Of a stretch of DNA of 64,000 nucleotides, positions 27,301 through 54,434 are shown in pieces. Numbering within the stretch: position 1 is the first letter of the stretch; every line of letters starts with the position of its first letter. The notes beneath the pieces were generated by a model, which was given only the letters and a program-made list of their open reading frames with translations, was not told the DNA's origin and made no database searches. Both the position numbers and the translations under genes were made by a program. Origin of the DNA: Macrostomum lignano (Eukaryota); contig NIVC01003807.1 of assembly GCA_002269645.1 (NCBI GenBank), positions 12,034 to 76,033 of the forward strand. Reading direction: 5' to 3'.

Positions 27301-30250
27301 CGCTGCCGATCTCGTCCAGCTGTACACCCTGACTGTGGACCGATTCGATCCGAGCATTGACGCTAGGAAGCGTTTTGACCTGCCCGCTGATGGTGTCCTG
27401 GCTGGTGAGTGTGCAGTCTGGATTCTAGACCGATATGTATCGAAAACACTGTAAATTAGACTATATAGTCCAGTCGGTTCAAAAACCGTTACTTTGGTTT
27501 GCTAACTGCTAGCTACACGAGTTAATGATAAACATGAATGCTAATGAATAATTAAGTGGCTAAAATAATTTACAAACTTGCACCTACACTCGGAACATAT
27601 ATAACAGCTTTTTACTTCCAGTTGAGTAGTAAGAGAGAACGCATAGGCTATTTTAAAAAATAAATGCAGCTGAAATTCTACTGATAAGTTTAGAAGCCAA
27701 GATTTTGCAGTCGTAAAAAACTTGCTAATTGGTTCATCTATAATAATGTACATTAGCCAGAGCCACTGAGATGTACATGGCAGCCAACTTTAGGCTGGAA
27801 AACACCGAGAAAGGCAATGAAACTTGGGCGGCCAATTTTAAATTTCGGGGTATGGGTTTTGTGTGGAAAGACGCAATTCGAGAGCTTATGTTGGGGGAAG
27901 GGGGGGGGTTAAGAGTTAATAAATAAACCTTGTCTTGAAAAAACAATACATTAAGTGGTTTTGGTTAGCTTACTACTGAACTGAATAGTAGCTTACACGC
28001 AAATGTGCTGAGTGGCCCATCTAGTTATTTTCTTTTTTAAGCGGTCTGTATGGTCGGGTCGGTTATCAGCAATATCTCGACCAGAGTGGATCAGAAGGCT
28101 TTAAACAGGGGTCAGCAACCTCCGGTCCGCGGGCCATACGCAGCCCTCAAAGCCTCTCTATCCGGCCCTCAGGTCCTTTGAAACTTCACAATGGCAATCC
28201 GGCCCGCTCAAGCTTTGTGTCTCTGCTCAGCTCTGTCTCTTCTCTCTTCTTTACCCTCTCCCCCCTCTCTCCCCTCTCCCCTCTTCTTCTCTCCCCTCTC
28301 CCTTCTCTTCTTTCCCCTCTCCCTTCTCTTCTTTCCCCTCTCCCTTCTCTTCTTTCCCCTCTCCCCTCTCTTCTTTCCCCTCTCCCTTCTCTTCTTTCCC
28401 CTCTCCCCTCTCTTCTTTCCCCTCTCCCTTCTCTTCTTTCCCCTCTCCCTTCTCTTCTTTCTCCTCTCCCTTCTCTTCTTTCCCCTCTCCCTTCTCTTCT
28501 TTCTCCTCTCCCTTCTCTTCTTTCCCCTCTCCCTTCTCTTCTTTCCCCTCTCCCTACTCTTCTTTTCCCTCTCCCTTCTCTTCTTTCTCCTCTCCCTTCT
28601 CTTCTTTCCCCTCTCCCTTCTCTTCTTTCCCCTCTCCCTTCTCTTCTTTCTCCTCTCCCTTCTCTTCTTTCCCCTCTCCCTTCTCTTCTTTCCCCTCTCC
28701 CTTCTCTTCTTTCTCCTCTCCCTTCTCTTCTTTCCCCTCTCCCTTCTCTTATTTCCCCTCTCCCTACTCTTCTTTTCCCTCTCCCTTCTCTTCTTTCTCC
28801 TCTCCCTTCTCTTCTTTCCCCTCTCCCTTCTCTTCTTTCCCCTCTTCCTTCTCTTCTTTCCCCTCTCCCTTCTCTTCTTTCCCCTCTCCCTTCTCTTCTT
28901 TCCCATCTCCCTTCTCTTCTTTCCCCTCTCCCTTCTCTTCTTTCCCCTCTCCCTTCTCTTCTTTCCCATCTCCCTTCTTTTCTTCTCTCCTCTCTTCTCC
29001 CCTCCCCTCTCTCTCTATCTCTCTTCCTCTTCCCTCTCTCCCCTCTTCTCTCTTTTACGACGTATCTTTTCTCTCATATCATTCCCCGCCTCTCCTCTCC
29101 TCTCATCTTTCGTCTTCCATTCCCTTTTCTTTCCACTCTCATCTGGCCCGCAGACAAGAGCTGCATTCCCTATCTGGCCCTTTAGGTAAAAAAGTTTGCC
29201 GACCCCTGGCTTAAAAATTGCGTTGAGGTAATGGGGACTTCGTTGAGAAAAGCCTCTCAGCACTTATACTCAGCAACATTGAAAAGTCGCCACCCTTTGC
29301 CCCAGTGAGCAGTGTCTTTCTAGCAGCGTCTATCACCTGGCCAACCATTTTGATATTTAAAAAATGCTTGAAAAAAACTATGAAAACATGGCGGAAGCTT
29401 CAATCCGTCTAATCTTCGCCCTCCGCTCCTCCCGATCCCTCCTCACCCAGCCCAAAACTCTGCGTCGCGTGGCGCAAGTTGCGTCACTCAAAAGTTAATA
29501 CTGAACTAGAATTTACTGCGCACTCTCAAAGGTGGCGACTGTTTTTAGGGTCAAAAGGTACACTATGTACTTTAGCAAGCTGTGTAGCCAACACGAATCA
29601 ATCAGTGAAGCTGAGCTCTGAAATGAAGGATCGCACAGGAAAATCCGCTAAGAATTGCCATAGAAATCAAGGCCGTCCCATTTGAACCCGCAGACCTGCT
29701 GGCCAGTGAGGCCCGCTGGATAGCCAGCTACCACCTGCACGACTCGCTGCTAGAGAACGTAGAAAGCGAGCTGCTCACCGATGAGGAGCGGCAGCAGGCC
29801 TGGCAGGAGTACGAGCAGGAGAAGCACGCGCCAAAGGCTCGGCCGCAGCCACCGCCGCAACCGCAACAGACAGCTGCCACGGAGGACGGGCCGAGCTCTC
29901 CTGAGCAGCAGCTGCGGCACAGCGCCACCGTAGCGAATTTCTCCGGCTCTGCCGCCGCCCTGCAGCAGCAGCCGCAAAAGCCGCCACAGCCGCCGCCTCG
30001 GGCTGCCAGCTCAGCCGCCCTGCTGCAGCAGCCGCAGCCGGCAATGAACCCTGAGCGGCAGCAGATTACCAATCTGCAGCTGCAGTATCCGCTGCAGTTT
30101 CTGAATATTCGCAACCAGGTGAATCAGCAGCGGACTGACTTGGCAGACAAGCCGGCCGAACTGGACCGCTTAGCCTATCGCTATCTGCTGGACTTTCTGC
30201 GCAAACAGCAGGAGCAGCGGCTGCAGAAACTGCAACAGCAGAATCAGTGA
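21316..30250 (+). CDS. ATRX: ATRX/XNP SNF2-family chromatin remodeller, 8 exons: 21316-21738, 22955-23499, (23904 or 23942)-24041, 24169-24434, 25147-25420, 25953-26649, 27069-27404, 29694-30250; about 1070 aa
   Basis: Motifs [114 protein letters not shown] and the C-terminal [22 protein letters not shown] are ATRX-diagnostic. Splice phases were checked by hand and are consistent, except that the exon 3 acceptor is ambiguous. The true start is uncertain. Confidence 0.93.
21785..22075. repeat. 23-bp minisatellite (aatcgccctctcgcctgattgag) in ATRX intron 1
   Basis: Read directly. Confidence 0.9.
22086..22930. repeat. 23-bp minisatellite (aatcgccctgcagcctcattggg) in ATRX intron 1
   Basis: Read directly; explains the spurious ORFs 22085-23070. 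Confidence 0.9.
23530..23865. repeat. ~40-bp minisatellite (gtgtgctcagattcccccaatagcaattcagtggctgagtt) in ATRX intron 2
   Basis: Read directly. Confidence 0.88.
24540..25048. repeat. ~41-bp minisatellite (ttgtctgagaattgtcctttggcgctgacaatgccggacat) in ATRX intron 4
   Basis: Read directly. Confidence 0.9.
27586..28030 (+). mobile_element. MITE family A, copy 1 (left end degenerate), ATRX intron 7
   Basis: Aligns by eye with 31850-32250 and 38167-38488. Right end is cttactactgaactgaatagtagcttacacgcaaatgtgctgagtggcccatctagttat. Confidence 0.7.
28106..29208 (+). mobile_element. Non-autonomous hAT-type (Charlie/Buster-like) element carrying an internal 21-bp CT-rich minisatellite (about 28250-28990)
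   Basis: Termini caggggtcagcaacc ... gtttgccgacccctg. Flanking 8-mers gctttaaa / gcttaaaa form a TSD with 1 mismatch. Sub-termini match 47825-48052. Confidence 0.8.
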
Positions 30251-30546
30251 TCTAATCAGCTTGTCACAACTGACGATTGTGAAACTTTTTTATTAACATG
30301 TTATTCACGAAATTCTTTCTACCCCGTAATGGGTTAGCAGTTTTTTTATAGAAACTATTAATAAGGCATGCTTTCCTGTTTTTAAGGCCTGTCGGCTCGG
30401 TATTGCTTAGTTATATTGTTATACTAGCTAAATTGTAGTGGCTATTAATCAAAGTACACGCCTATGATATCAATTAGCGCTTTGTTATGTACACTGACAA
30501 GCGCCAATCCGAAAATAAGTTGGTGTAAAAACCCACTTAACGAGAG

Positions 30547-31467
30547 AATCCAGCCAATCAGCTCATTCCAGGCTCAGAATCATTCAGCCAATCAGCTGAT
30601 TCCCGTCTCACAATCCAGCCAATCAGCTGATTCCAGGCTCACAATCCAGCCAATCAGCTGATTCCAGGCTCACAATCCAGCCAATCAGCTGATTCCAGGC
30701 TCATAATCCAGCCAATCAGCTGATTCCAGGCTCAGAATCCAGCCAATCAGCTGATTCCAGTCTCAGAATCATCCATTAATCAGCTGATTCCAGGCTCAGA
30801 ATCATCCAGCCAATCAGCTGATTCCAGGCTCATAATCCAGCCAATCAGCTGATTCCCGTCTCACAATCCAGCCAATCAGCTGATTCCAGGCTCATAATCC
30901 AGCCAATCAGCTGATTCCCGTCTCACAATCCAGCCAATCAGCTGATTCCAGGCTCACAATCCAGCCAATCAGCTGATTCCAGTCTCAGAATCATCCATTA
31001 ATCAGCTGATTCCAGGCTCAGAATCATCCAGCCAATCAGCGGATTCCAGGCTCAGAATCATCCAGCCAATCAGCTGATTCTAGGCTCAGAATCATCCAGC
31101 CAATCAGCTGATTCCAGGCTCAGAATCATCCAGCCAATCAGCGGATTCCAGGCTCAGAATCATCCAGCCAATCAGCTGATTCCAGGCTCAAAATCCAGCC
31201 AATCAGCTGATTCCCGTCTCACAATCCAGCCAATCAGCTGATTCCAGGCTCACAATCCAGCAAATCAGCTGATTCCAGGCTCAATCCAGCCAATCAGCTG
31301 ATTCCAGTCTCAGAATCATCCATTAATTAGCTGATTCCAGGCTCAGAATCATTCAGCCAATCAGCTGATTCCCGTCTCACAATCCAGCCAATCAGCTGAT
31401 TCCAGGCTCACAATCCAGCCAATCAGCTGATTCCAGGCTCACAATCCAGCCAATCAGCGGATTTCAG
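30547..31467. repeat. 31-34-bp minisatellite (aatccagccaatcagctgattccaggctcac) downstream of ATRX
   Basis: Read directly. Confidence 0.9.
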
Positions 31468-31849
31468 GCTGGCAATAGATGCTATTTTTCGAAGGTACGA
31501 GGGTAAATAGGCGAGTAACAAAGCTGCCAACAAAACTCATATTTAGCTTGATTATTCCAGAATCAATTATTCTCCTTATTCCAGATCATTCTGTACTACG
31601 AGCTCGTATTAGTAGTATGATTATTTCAAGTGTAACTATTTGCTTACCTGCTGTGTGGCTTTTGGCCGCCTGTTCCCCCGCTGCTGATAACAGCTAATCC
31701 GGTCTCAGCCTCTCAGGTGTCTCAAGTCTGTCTATTCAGCAAAGCATTTTCGCGCAGTGTGACAGTGCTGTGTAAAACGCATGGTTTAATATGATGTAAT
31801 GTTGTATAATATACGCATACTATGGGACCTAGTCCATCACAGATACTAA

Positions 31850-32246
31850 AATAACCAGATGGGCCACTCAGGCATATATATTGATACTTGGTAAAACAGC
31901 TTTCTACTTTCAGTTCAGTAGCAAAGAAGAATACATAAGCTGTTATTAAAAAAAGCCAGCTGAAACGACTTTGATAATTCAAGCAGGCCCAAGCTTGCAG
32001 GCATAAACAGCTGGCTAATTGGTTTAGCAATAATGTACACTGAAAATAAAGAATTCCGAGAAAGGCAATAAAAGTTGGGGCGGGGCGTTGGTGGTGTGGA
32101 AAGGCGCGGTTGGAGGGTTTAGGCTGGGGGTAAGAGCCAATAAATGAGCCTTGGCTTTAAAAATACATTAAAATGCTTCAGTTTAACTTACTACTGAACT
32201 GAAAGTAGCTTACACGCAAATGTTCTGAGTGGCCCAGCTAGTTATT
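31850..32246 (+). mobile_element. MITE family A, copy 2 (most complete)
   Basis: TIR core gggccactcag (31861-31871) / ctgagtggccc (32225-32235), extending imperfectly to about 22 bp. Perfect 18-bp sub-terminal inverted repeat ctactttcagttcagtag (31904-31921) / ctactgaactgaaagtag (32191-32208). Confidence 0.8.
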
Positions 32247-32971
32247 CTAGTATCTGTGAGTCCAGCTGGCTCTCTATGATCAGATATACAGCATAAATCG
32301 ATCATTAATAGAGTCCAAAGACAGGATCAACTAGGGCAGAAAATGCTATATATATTGTAAAACAATCTTTAATTTTCTTAAATAAATATGCAATACGATA
32401 AACCCCAACACAATTTTAATATAGCATACATATTGTGTATTGTTGGTAAAACAATTAGTAATTTAGTGTCTATAATATCTGGTTGCTTTATTGATGATAT
32501 AAATTTATTTTTATATCATTTTTATATGCATTTTATATTTTACGAGTTTAAAAAGTCCGCGACCTCTCGGTTAAGAGTATCACGATGAATACATTACGAG
32601 GTGTAACAAATACCATGGATTAAAATTATCGGCAAGCATGCGTTGATAATATTGGCATTGGCACCAAACTGACTCTCGTTTGTCATACAACACTAGCTGC
32701 AAAGCTGTATTATTACAGGGAGATAAAAGGCATTCTACCGATTGAATACTTTCACCGCGACATACTCGTATGCTTATGCAATAGCTAGAAGACGGAAGCT
32801 AATAAGCACTCACTGGAGACCGGCGGTTTTTTATGCACAATGCACGTGCACCGTTAGGAAGTTTTGAGTGTTTGAGCACATTTGAGCATTCGTAATTGTT
32901 TTCCTGAATTTTAAGTTTATACTGCATTTGTCAGTGAAGTTGATAAATAACCCGATCTAGCGGAGAATTCG

Positions 32972-33896
32972 CTGCAGCCACAGCACTGCACTCGGCCATA
33001 GACAATAAAGCCAATCAAGTGCAGACTCCCCATTCCCTGCAGCAACAGCAGCCACAGCACTGCACTCGGCCATAGACAATAAAGCCAATCAAGTGCAGAC
33101 TCCCCATTCCCTGCAGCAACAGCAGCCACAGCACTGCACTCGGCCATAGACAATAAAGCCAATCAAGTGCAGACTCCCCATTCCCTGCAGCAACAGCAGC
33201 CACAGCACTGCACTCGGCCATGGACAATAAAGCCAATCAAGTGCAGACTCCCCATTCCCTGCAGCAACAGCAGCCACAGCACTGCACTCGGCCATAGACA
33301 ATAAAGCCAATCAAGTGCAGACTCCCCATTCCCTGCAGCAACAGCAGCCACAAGCACTGCACTCGGCCATAGACAATAAAGCCAATCAAGTGCAGACTCC
33401 CCATTCCCTGCAGCAACAGCAGCCACAAGCACTGCACTCGGCCATAGACAATAAAGCCAATCAAGTGCAGACTCCCCATTCCCTGCAGCAACAGCAGCCA
33501 CAGCACTGCACTCGGCCATAGACAATAAAGCCAATCAAGAGCAGACTCCCCATTCCCTGCAGCAACAGCAGCCACAGCACTGCACTCGGCCATAGACAAT
33601 AAAGCCAATCAAGTGCAGACTCCCCATTCCCTGCAGCAACAGCAGCCACAGCACTGCACTCGGCCATAGACAATAAAGCCAATCAAGAGCAGACTCCCCA
33701 TTCCCTGCAGCAACAGCAGCCACAGCACTGCACTCGGCCATAGACAATAAAGCCAATCAAGTGCAGACTCCCCATTCCCTGCAGCAACAGCAGCCACAGC
33801 ACTGCACTCGGCCATAGACAATAAAGCCAATCAAGTGCAGACTCCCCATTCCCTGCAGCAACAGCAGCCACAGCACTGCACTCGGCCATAGACAAT
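32972..33896. repeat. 74-bp minisatellite, about 12.5 copies, between the convergent ATRX and PGM3 3' ends
   Basis: ORF-track starts are spaced exactly 74 nt apart. The unit contains aataaa and agccaatca. Confidence 0.93.
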
Positions 33897-34501
33897 TAAG
33901 TCAGTCAAATGTGGGCATATAGAAATAGTTGTCAATTTAGAGTACTGTGTAAACAAACCGGCATCCAATGAATTCTGCACTATTGTCAAGCTGTCCAATG
34001 AAGGCAATCTAGACACTGAGTCTTTATTTTAACCTGAAAATCGCACGATTATTGAGAAAAGTAAAACAATGAATAGCATATATTGATGAGAATTGCTCTG
34101 CTAATCCAGCCACTTCCCGGAATCTACAGTGGAGCTGATAGTGAGGGTGATACACTCGTATCTTGCTGCGCCCGAACGGACTCGCTGTCAGCTCTTTGTC
34201 AACCTATTATTTAGTAGGTGATTTTCTCTTACAGATAAATTGCAAACTAATAAGTGTAAAGCCCGGTTAACACTACTGTTAGTAGCTCTGCAGGTCAGAT
34301 AGGATTGAAATTCAAGTTTTTTCATTGTTTTTTCTTTATTTTCAAGTCAATAAACATCTCCGTCAGTCTTAAAAATGTTGTTCGTCGCCATTCGGGCTCA
34401 GCAAAGTACAATTTAATACCATAGCAAATATACGAGCGGATAAACACGCTAGGCAGATTAATATTAAAACTGTAAAAACAGATATCAGCAGTTGCTAATG
34501 A

Positions 34502-37500
34502 TCACTCGATGGAAGGCAGCGGCCCCACCCCGGCAGCCAGCCGGTGCACCGCCTCCGCCACCTGCAGCGCCAGCTGGTCCGCCAGCTCCCTGGTTGCGCC
34601 CTCAGCGTACACCCGGACAACATCCTCCGTGCCGGACGGGCGGACAAAAGCCCGGCCACGCTGGGTGGCCGCCACCAGGTCATCTATGACCGGCTGCAGT
34701 CCCTCCGGCAGCACGCAGCGCCGCTCGGCATCCGTGGTGGTCACCGCCGACCTGTTGGCGACCGACACCTTCAGCTGGCGGCTGGGCAGGTCCGTGTAGC
34801 AGGCGTTCCACTCGGCCGCGCCCCAGCCCGCCTCGGCCAGCGCGTGCTCCACTGCGAGCAGCACAGAGACTGCGTCACCCACCTGCGGCAGTGAGAGCGG
34901 GAGATGCTTGAGCCTGACCTCTGCTGACACTAAATATGCCTGTCCCTGACACCTCTGCTGACACTAAATATGCCTGTCTCTGACACCTCTGCTGACACTA
35001 AATATGCCTGTCCCTGACATCTCTGCTGACACTAAATATGCCTGTGTCTGACATCTCTGCTGACACTAAATATGCCTGTGTCTGACATCTCTGCTGACAC
35101 TAAATATGCCTGTGTCTGACATCTCTGCTGACCATAAATATGCCTGTGTCTGACACCTCTGCTGACCATAAATATGCCTGTGTCTGACATCTCTGCTGAC
35201 CATAAATATGCCTGTGTCTGACACCTCTGCTGACCATAAATATGCCTGTGTCTGACATCCCACACTGAAATTGCTGAGTCCTGACCCCCTATCACAGAAA
35301 GCTTTCAACCCCAGACCCCGAGCACAAGCGCGCCGCAGCCCACCGTCTCATTGATCAGATCCATCACCAGGCGCAGTTCTCGAGCCGCTTCAACTTTCTC
35401 GCCAGCCTCGCCCTCACTGTCGGCAGCGACGGCCAAAATAGCCGATCGAGCCCGGTCGCTGAACAGCACAGTGCCGTGACCGTTGGCCTCAAAATAAACG
35501 CCGATGTCGAAGTCTTTGGCCCGCTTGTGCAGATGCTTGACGCCGGTTGGCACGCAAGCCACCGCCACGCCCAGCTGTTCGGCGAGGTAGCGGGTGGACT
35601 CGGCGTTGGCGTAGGCGGTCTGCACCAGGCCGGTGTTCAGATTCAGCCCGGCCGCTCGGATCCGCCCGATCAGGTAGGCGGCGAGCAGGGCCGCCTGCTT
35701 GTCGCCGTCCAACATCTGCGCGATGGCGATGGCGATTATTCGGTTAGTTGGTGTTTATTAATTTTTGTTTACTGGTTAATTTTAGTTCATTTGGTGAATT
35801 CTTTTTGTCGATTTTTTGCTTACTTGCTAATTTTAGCTTACTTGTTGATTTTTAGTGTATTTGTTGATCTTAGTTGATTTGTTGATTTTAGCTTACTGTT
35901 GATTTTTAGTGTATTTGTTGATTTTAGTTGATTTGTTGATTTTAGCTTTCTTGTTGATTGTGTTTATTTGTTGATTTTAGCTTACTTGTTGATTTTTAGT
36001 GTATTTGTTGATTTTAGTTGATTTGTTGATTTTAGCTTTTTTGTTGATTTTAGTTGATTTGTTGATTTTAGCTTTCTTGTTGATTTTAGCTGATTTGTTG
36101 ATTTTAGCTGATTTGTTGATTTTAGCTGATTTGTTGATATTAGCTGATTTGTTGATTTTTAGTTTATTTGTTGATTTTTAGTTGATTAGTTGATTTTTAG
36201 TTGATTTGTTGATTTTTAGTTTATTTGTTGATTTTAGTTGATTTGTTGATTTTAGTTGATTTGTTGATTTTAGCTTTCTTGTTGATTTTAGCTGATTTGT
36301 TGATTTTAGCTGATTTGTTGATTTTAGCTTACTTGTTGATTTTTAGTTTATTTGTTGATTTTAGTTGATTAGTTGATTTTTAGTTGATTTGTTGATTTTT
36401 AGTTTATTTGTTGATTTTAGTTGATTTGTTGATTTTAGTTGATTTGTTGATTTTAGCTTTCTTGTTGATTTTAGCTGATTTGTTGATTTTAGCTGATTTG
36501 TTGATTTTAGCTGATTTGTTGATTTTAGCTGATTTGTTGATTTTTAGTTTATTTGTTGATCTTTGTTGATTTGTTGATTTTAGTTGATTTGTTGATTTTA
36601 GCTGGCTAATTTTTTGTTTTTCGTTGATCTTTGTTTATGTGTAAGGTTCTTTGTTCATTTGTTGATTTTTGTTTATGTGTAAGTTTTTGTTTACTTGTAG
36701 AGTTTTTTGTGTAGGGTTTTTTGTTTATTTGTAATTTTTTATTTATAGCTTTTTGTTTACTCGTATTTGTAGGCATATTTTTGTAGTTTTTTAGTTAAGT
36801 TGAGTTTTTCTGTAGCTGTTTGTTGATGTGAAGCCGTTTTATTATTTCAATTTTTGTCTATTTTCAGTCTTCTTGTTGATTTGCAGCTTTTTCATTTGCA
36901 TTTTTTCTAATCTTGCCTTGTATTTTAAAGCAGAAGCCCCTCATTCTCACCTGGAACTGGCCCTCGGAGTCGCAGTAGAAATAGATTATCCTATCAGCAT
37001 CGCCATCGAACGAAGCCCAGCGCTGCCCCGGCTCGAACTGCAGGCCCCGGCCCTCCGGGAAGCGCATCTGCACTTTGACGAAGTCCGCACCGCACCTGCG
37101 GGTGGGGGCACACATGAAATACTGACAGTCACTCATGAAATACTGACAGTCACACATGAAATACTGACAGGCACACATGAAATACTGACAGGCACACATG
37201 AAATACTGACAGTCACACATGAAATACTGACAGGCACACATAAAAGACAAAGAAACAGTCACATTAAAGGACAGAGAACCAAACGTAAAAGACAGGCAAA
37301 CCCAGATATTAAAAAAGACAGACAAATAAAGACGGACAAACAGACATTAAGGGCAGACGAACAGACATTAAGCGCAGGTAAAAAATACAAGGTGAGCCCG
37401 GTGCAGTCACCTATAATTAAGCTCGCCATCGCCGCTATTATGCACAACCAGGCGCAGGTGCTCGCCAAGAAGCGGCGCCAACTGCGCCAGCGCCCCGGCG

Positions 37501-38958
37501 CCAACTCCGTTAGCGGCGTCGATGTGAACGCTGCGAGGACCGGCGCCGCCGCCGCCCTTTAGCGACCTTCTCTCGGCCAGTCGGACAAAAGCGCCGGCCA
37601 GTTTCTCGGCGTAACCGGACAGGCTCGGCCGGCCGTAAGCCGGGTTGTTGGTGCAGGCCACAATGTAGTGCAGCTGCGGAGTTGTGAGCACGCCCAGCTG
37701 CTCAGCCACAGCCAGCTGTTCGTCATCGGCTTCATCAGTGCCGGCCGGATTGCAGGCGCGAACTCCGGCGGCCACAGCCTCGGCCAGGCTGGGCGAGGAT
37801 TTGCGCGAATCGTGTCCGACCAGAACTCGGCCGCGCCTGGACGGACGGAAGAGATGAGGGTGAAACTGGTTAACTGTCCTACTGGCCTAGTGGTCAGAGC
37901 GTCGGACTCACCACCGAAAGGTCGGGGGTTCGATTCCCGACCCATTCGGAGCAATTTGTGTCCTTGAGCAAGACACTTAACTCTGCATTGCTTCAGTTCA
38001 CCCAGCTGTAAAATGGGTGCCAGCATTAGCTGGGGTAATTGAGGCTGTGTGGAGACCCCCCAGTCCTTGGACTGAACAGCCGTACGCAGCCTTCAGATGC
38101 GCCGCGCAATAGCTGCGGCTGAGCTGTCGGTTGCACATTTGGCCCAATTGGGGCCAACCCCAAGCTTACTCAGGCATATATACTTAGTAAAACTGCTCAC
38201 TACTTCCAGTACAGTAGCAAGGAAGAATTCAAGGCGCAATTGCAAAGTACATTAGCCAGCGCCACTGTGAATGTACATGACAGCTTTAGGCTGAAACCAC
38301 CGAGAAAAGCAAAAAAAAATGGGCGGCCGGGGCGGCGGGGTTGAGGTTTTGTTCGGAAAGGCGCAATGGGGGAGGGTTTAAGCTTAAGAGCCAATAAAGA
38401 GCCAATTGTGTTTAAAAATATTTGAAATTGCTTCTGTTTAACTTACTACTGAACTGAATAGTAGCTTACACGCAAATGTGCTGAGTGAGGAAAAGCCTAC
38501 CTAGCAACAAACTGAGCCGTGGTTATGAATTCGCTATCGTGCAGAGTGCTCAACAGCACGTGAAGATGATTCCTCAGCTCGGTGTCTAACGCGTTCACCA
38601 GTCCGCTGGCGATCGGCTCCCATTCAACCGGCAGCATGTCGCCATTGGGCTCGACCAGTTTGACGCCGTTGTCATGCTCGGGATTGTGGCTGGCCGTCAC
38701 CATCACGCCGACTGCTTGCCCGTGCAGAGATCGCGACCTCAGAGCGGCCAGCACTCCCATGCGAAACATGATGTAGTCCATTTGGCCCGCGTCCGCTCGC
38801 ATCCGGAAGCCGGCGGTGCCGTAGGCCACGTGACCATGCAGCTGCGGATGCCTGTAGGCGCCGGAGCAGGCCGTCTGGCACACGGAGTTCACCAGGGCGT
38901 CAACCGAGGCTGGTGGCGGCAGCACCGCCGAGTTTCTGTTGTGCGACTGTTGAGTCAA
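34502..38958 (-). CDS. PGM3: Phosphoacetylglucosamine mutase, 5 exons (minus): 38958-38501, 37836-37411, 37095-36951, 35715-35344, 34882-34502; about 593 aa; initiator ATG not found in the genomic sequence
   Basis: YGTAGFR, catalytic loop MVTASHNPEHDNGVK, metal loop SFDGDADR, sugar loop GVYFEANGHGT and phosphate loop RAFVRPSGTEDVVRVYAE. All four GT-AG introns are phase-consistent (2,2,0,0). Confidence 0.95.
34915..35255. repeat. 34-bp minisatellite (gacacctctgctgacactaaatatgcctgtgtct) in PGM3 intron 4
   Basis: Read directly. Confidence 0.88.
35760..36830. repeat. Degenerate ~18-bp T-rich repeat (ttagttgatttgttgatt) in PGM3 intron 3
   Basis: Read directly. Confidence 0.85.
37105..37240. repeat. 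21-bp minisatellite (cacacatgaaatactgacagg) in PGM3 intron 2
   Basis: Read directly. Confidence 0.85.
37875..38157 (+). mobile_element. tRNA-derived SINE, copy 1 (antisense in PGM3 intron 1)
   Basis: Pol III A box tggcctagtgg (37883-37893), B box ggttcgattcc (37927-37937), central gtgtccttgagcaagacacttaac..cccagctgtaaaatgggt block like conserved SINE cores; second copy at 58165-58428. Confidence 0.8.
38167..38488 (+). mobile_element. MITE family A, copy 3 (internally shortened), PGM3 intron 1
   Basis: Starts tactcaggcatatata, ends cttacacgcaaatgtgctgagtg; same internal blocks as copies 1 and 2. Confidence 0.75.
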
Positions 38959-39019
38959 CTGGAAATATTGCGGGTTTTGAATGCGACTGCCGTCTCTGTC
39001 TCAACTCTCATAGGATCAC

Positions 39020-39830
<811 letters not shown>

Positions 39831-40351
39831 TAGGCAGCCAAATTGAATGAAAACCGTGAAGCACGAAGTGTTAAGATATAGAAAAGTGTTTATAAACCGG
39901 TCTATATATTGCAACAGCTGGTTAAAAATGCTTTAATAAGCTTGAGAATTCAAACAGGCAGAACAGAACGCAGTACACTATTAGCGTAGAAAACACAGTA
40001 CACAATAGAAAAATAACATTAATATAATGCAAATGCTTGCATGGTGAAATATAAATTCAGAGTATTAAAGTTAATTAATAAACTTGATTAGTTGTTAACC
40101 AGTAAAACTTAGGAGTTGAGTCATGAGTCAAGACAGCACCCTTATTGCATTAGTTGGCATTAAAGACAGCGATATATATCATAAATAATATAGTAAAAAA
40201 TAGAAAATGCATATCGCCAATCAGCCGGGCCAAGTGTAAAAAAGAACATTGAGCTTCCTAATGGCAGTAAGTGAATTATAAAAATGCTTAATCATTTTTT
40301 GCGTAATAATCGTTAATCCAATTGTATTAACTTCGAACAGATTATTCCAGG

Positions 40352-54434
<14,083 letters not shown>

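Noticed and set aside
28178-29189. Leu/Pro/Ser-rich and Arg/Lys/Glu-rich 250-335-aa ORFs
   Set aside because: They are a 21-bp CT repeat inside a MITE and are open only for lack of stop codons.
32917-34016. Apparent tandem family of 73-aa hydrophobic peptides
   Set aside because: They are frame-rotating translations of the 74-bp array with alternative starts; there is no coding signature.
37875-37945. Possible tRNA gene
   Set aside because: A and B boxes are present, but there is no closing acceptor stem and it continues into a body shared with 58165-58428, so it is a SINE head.
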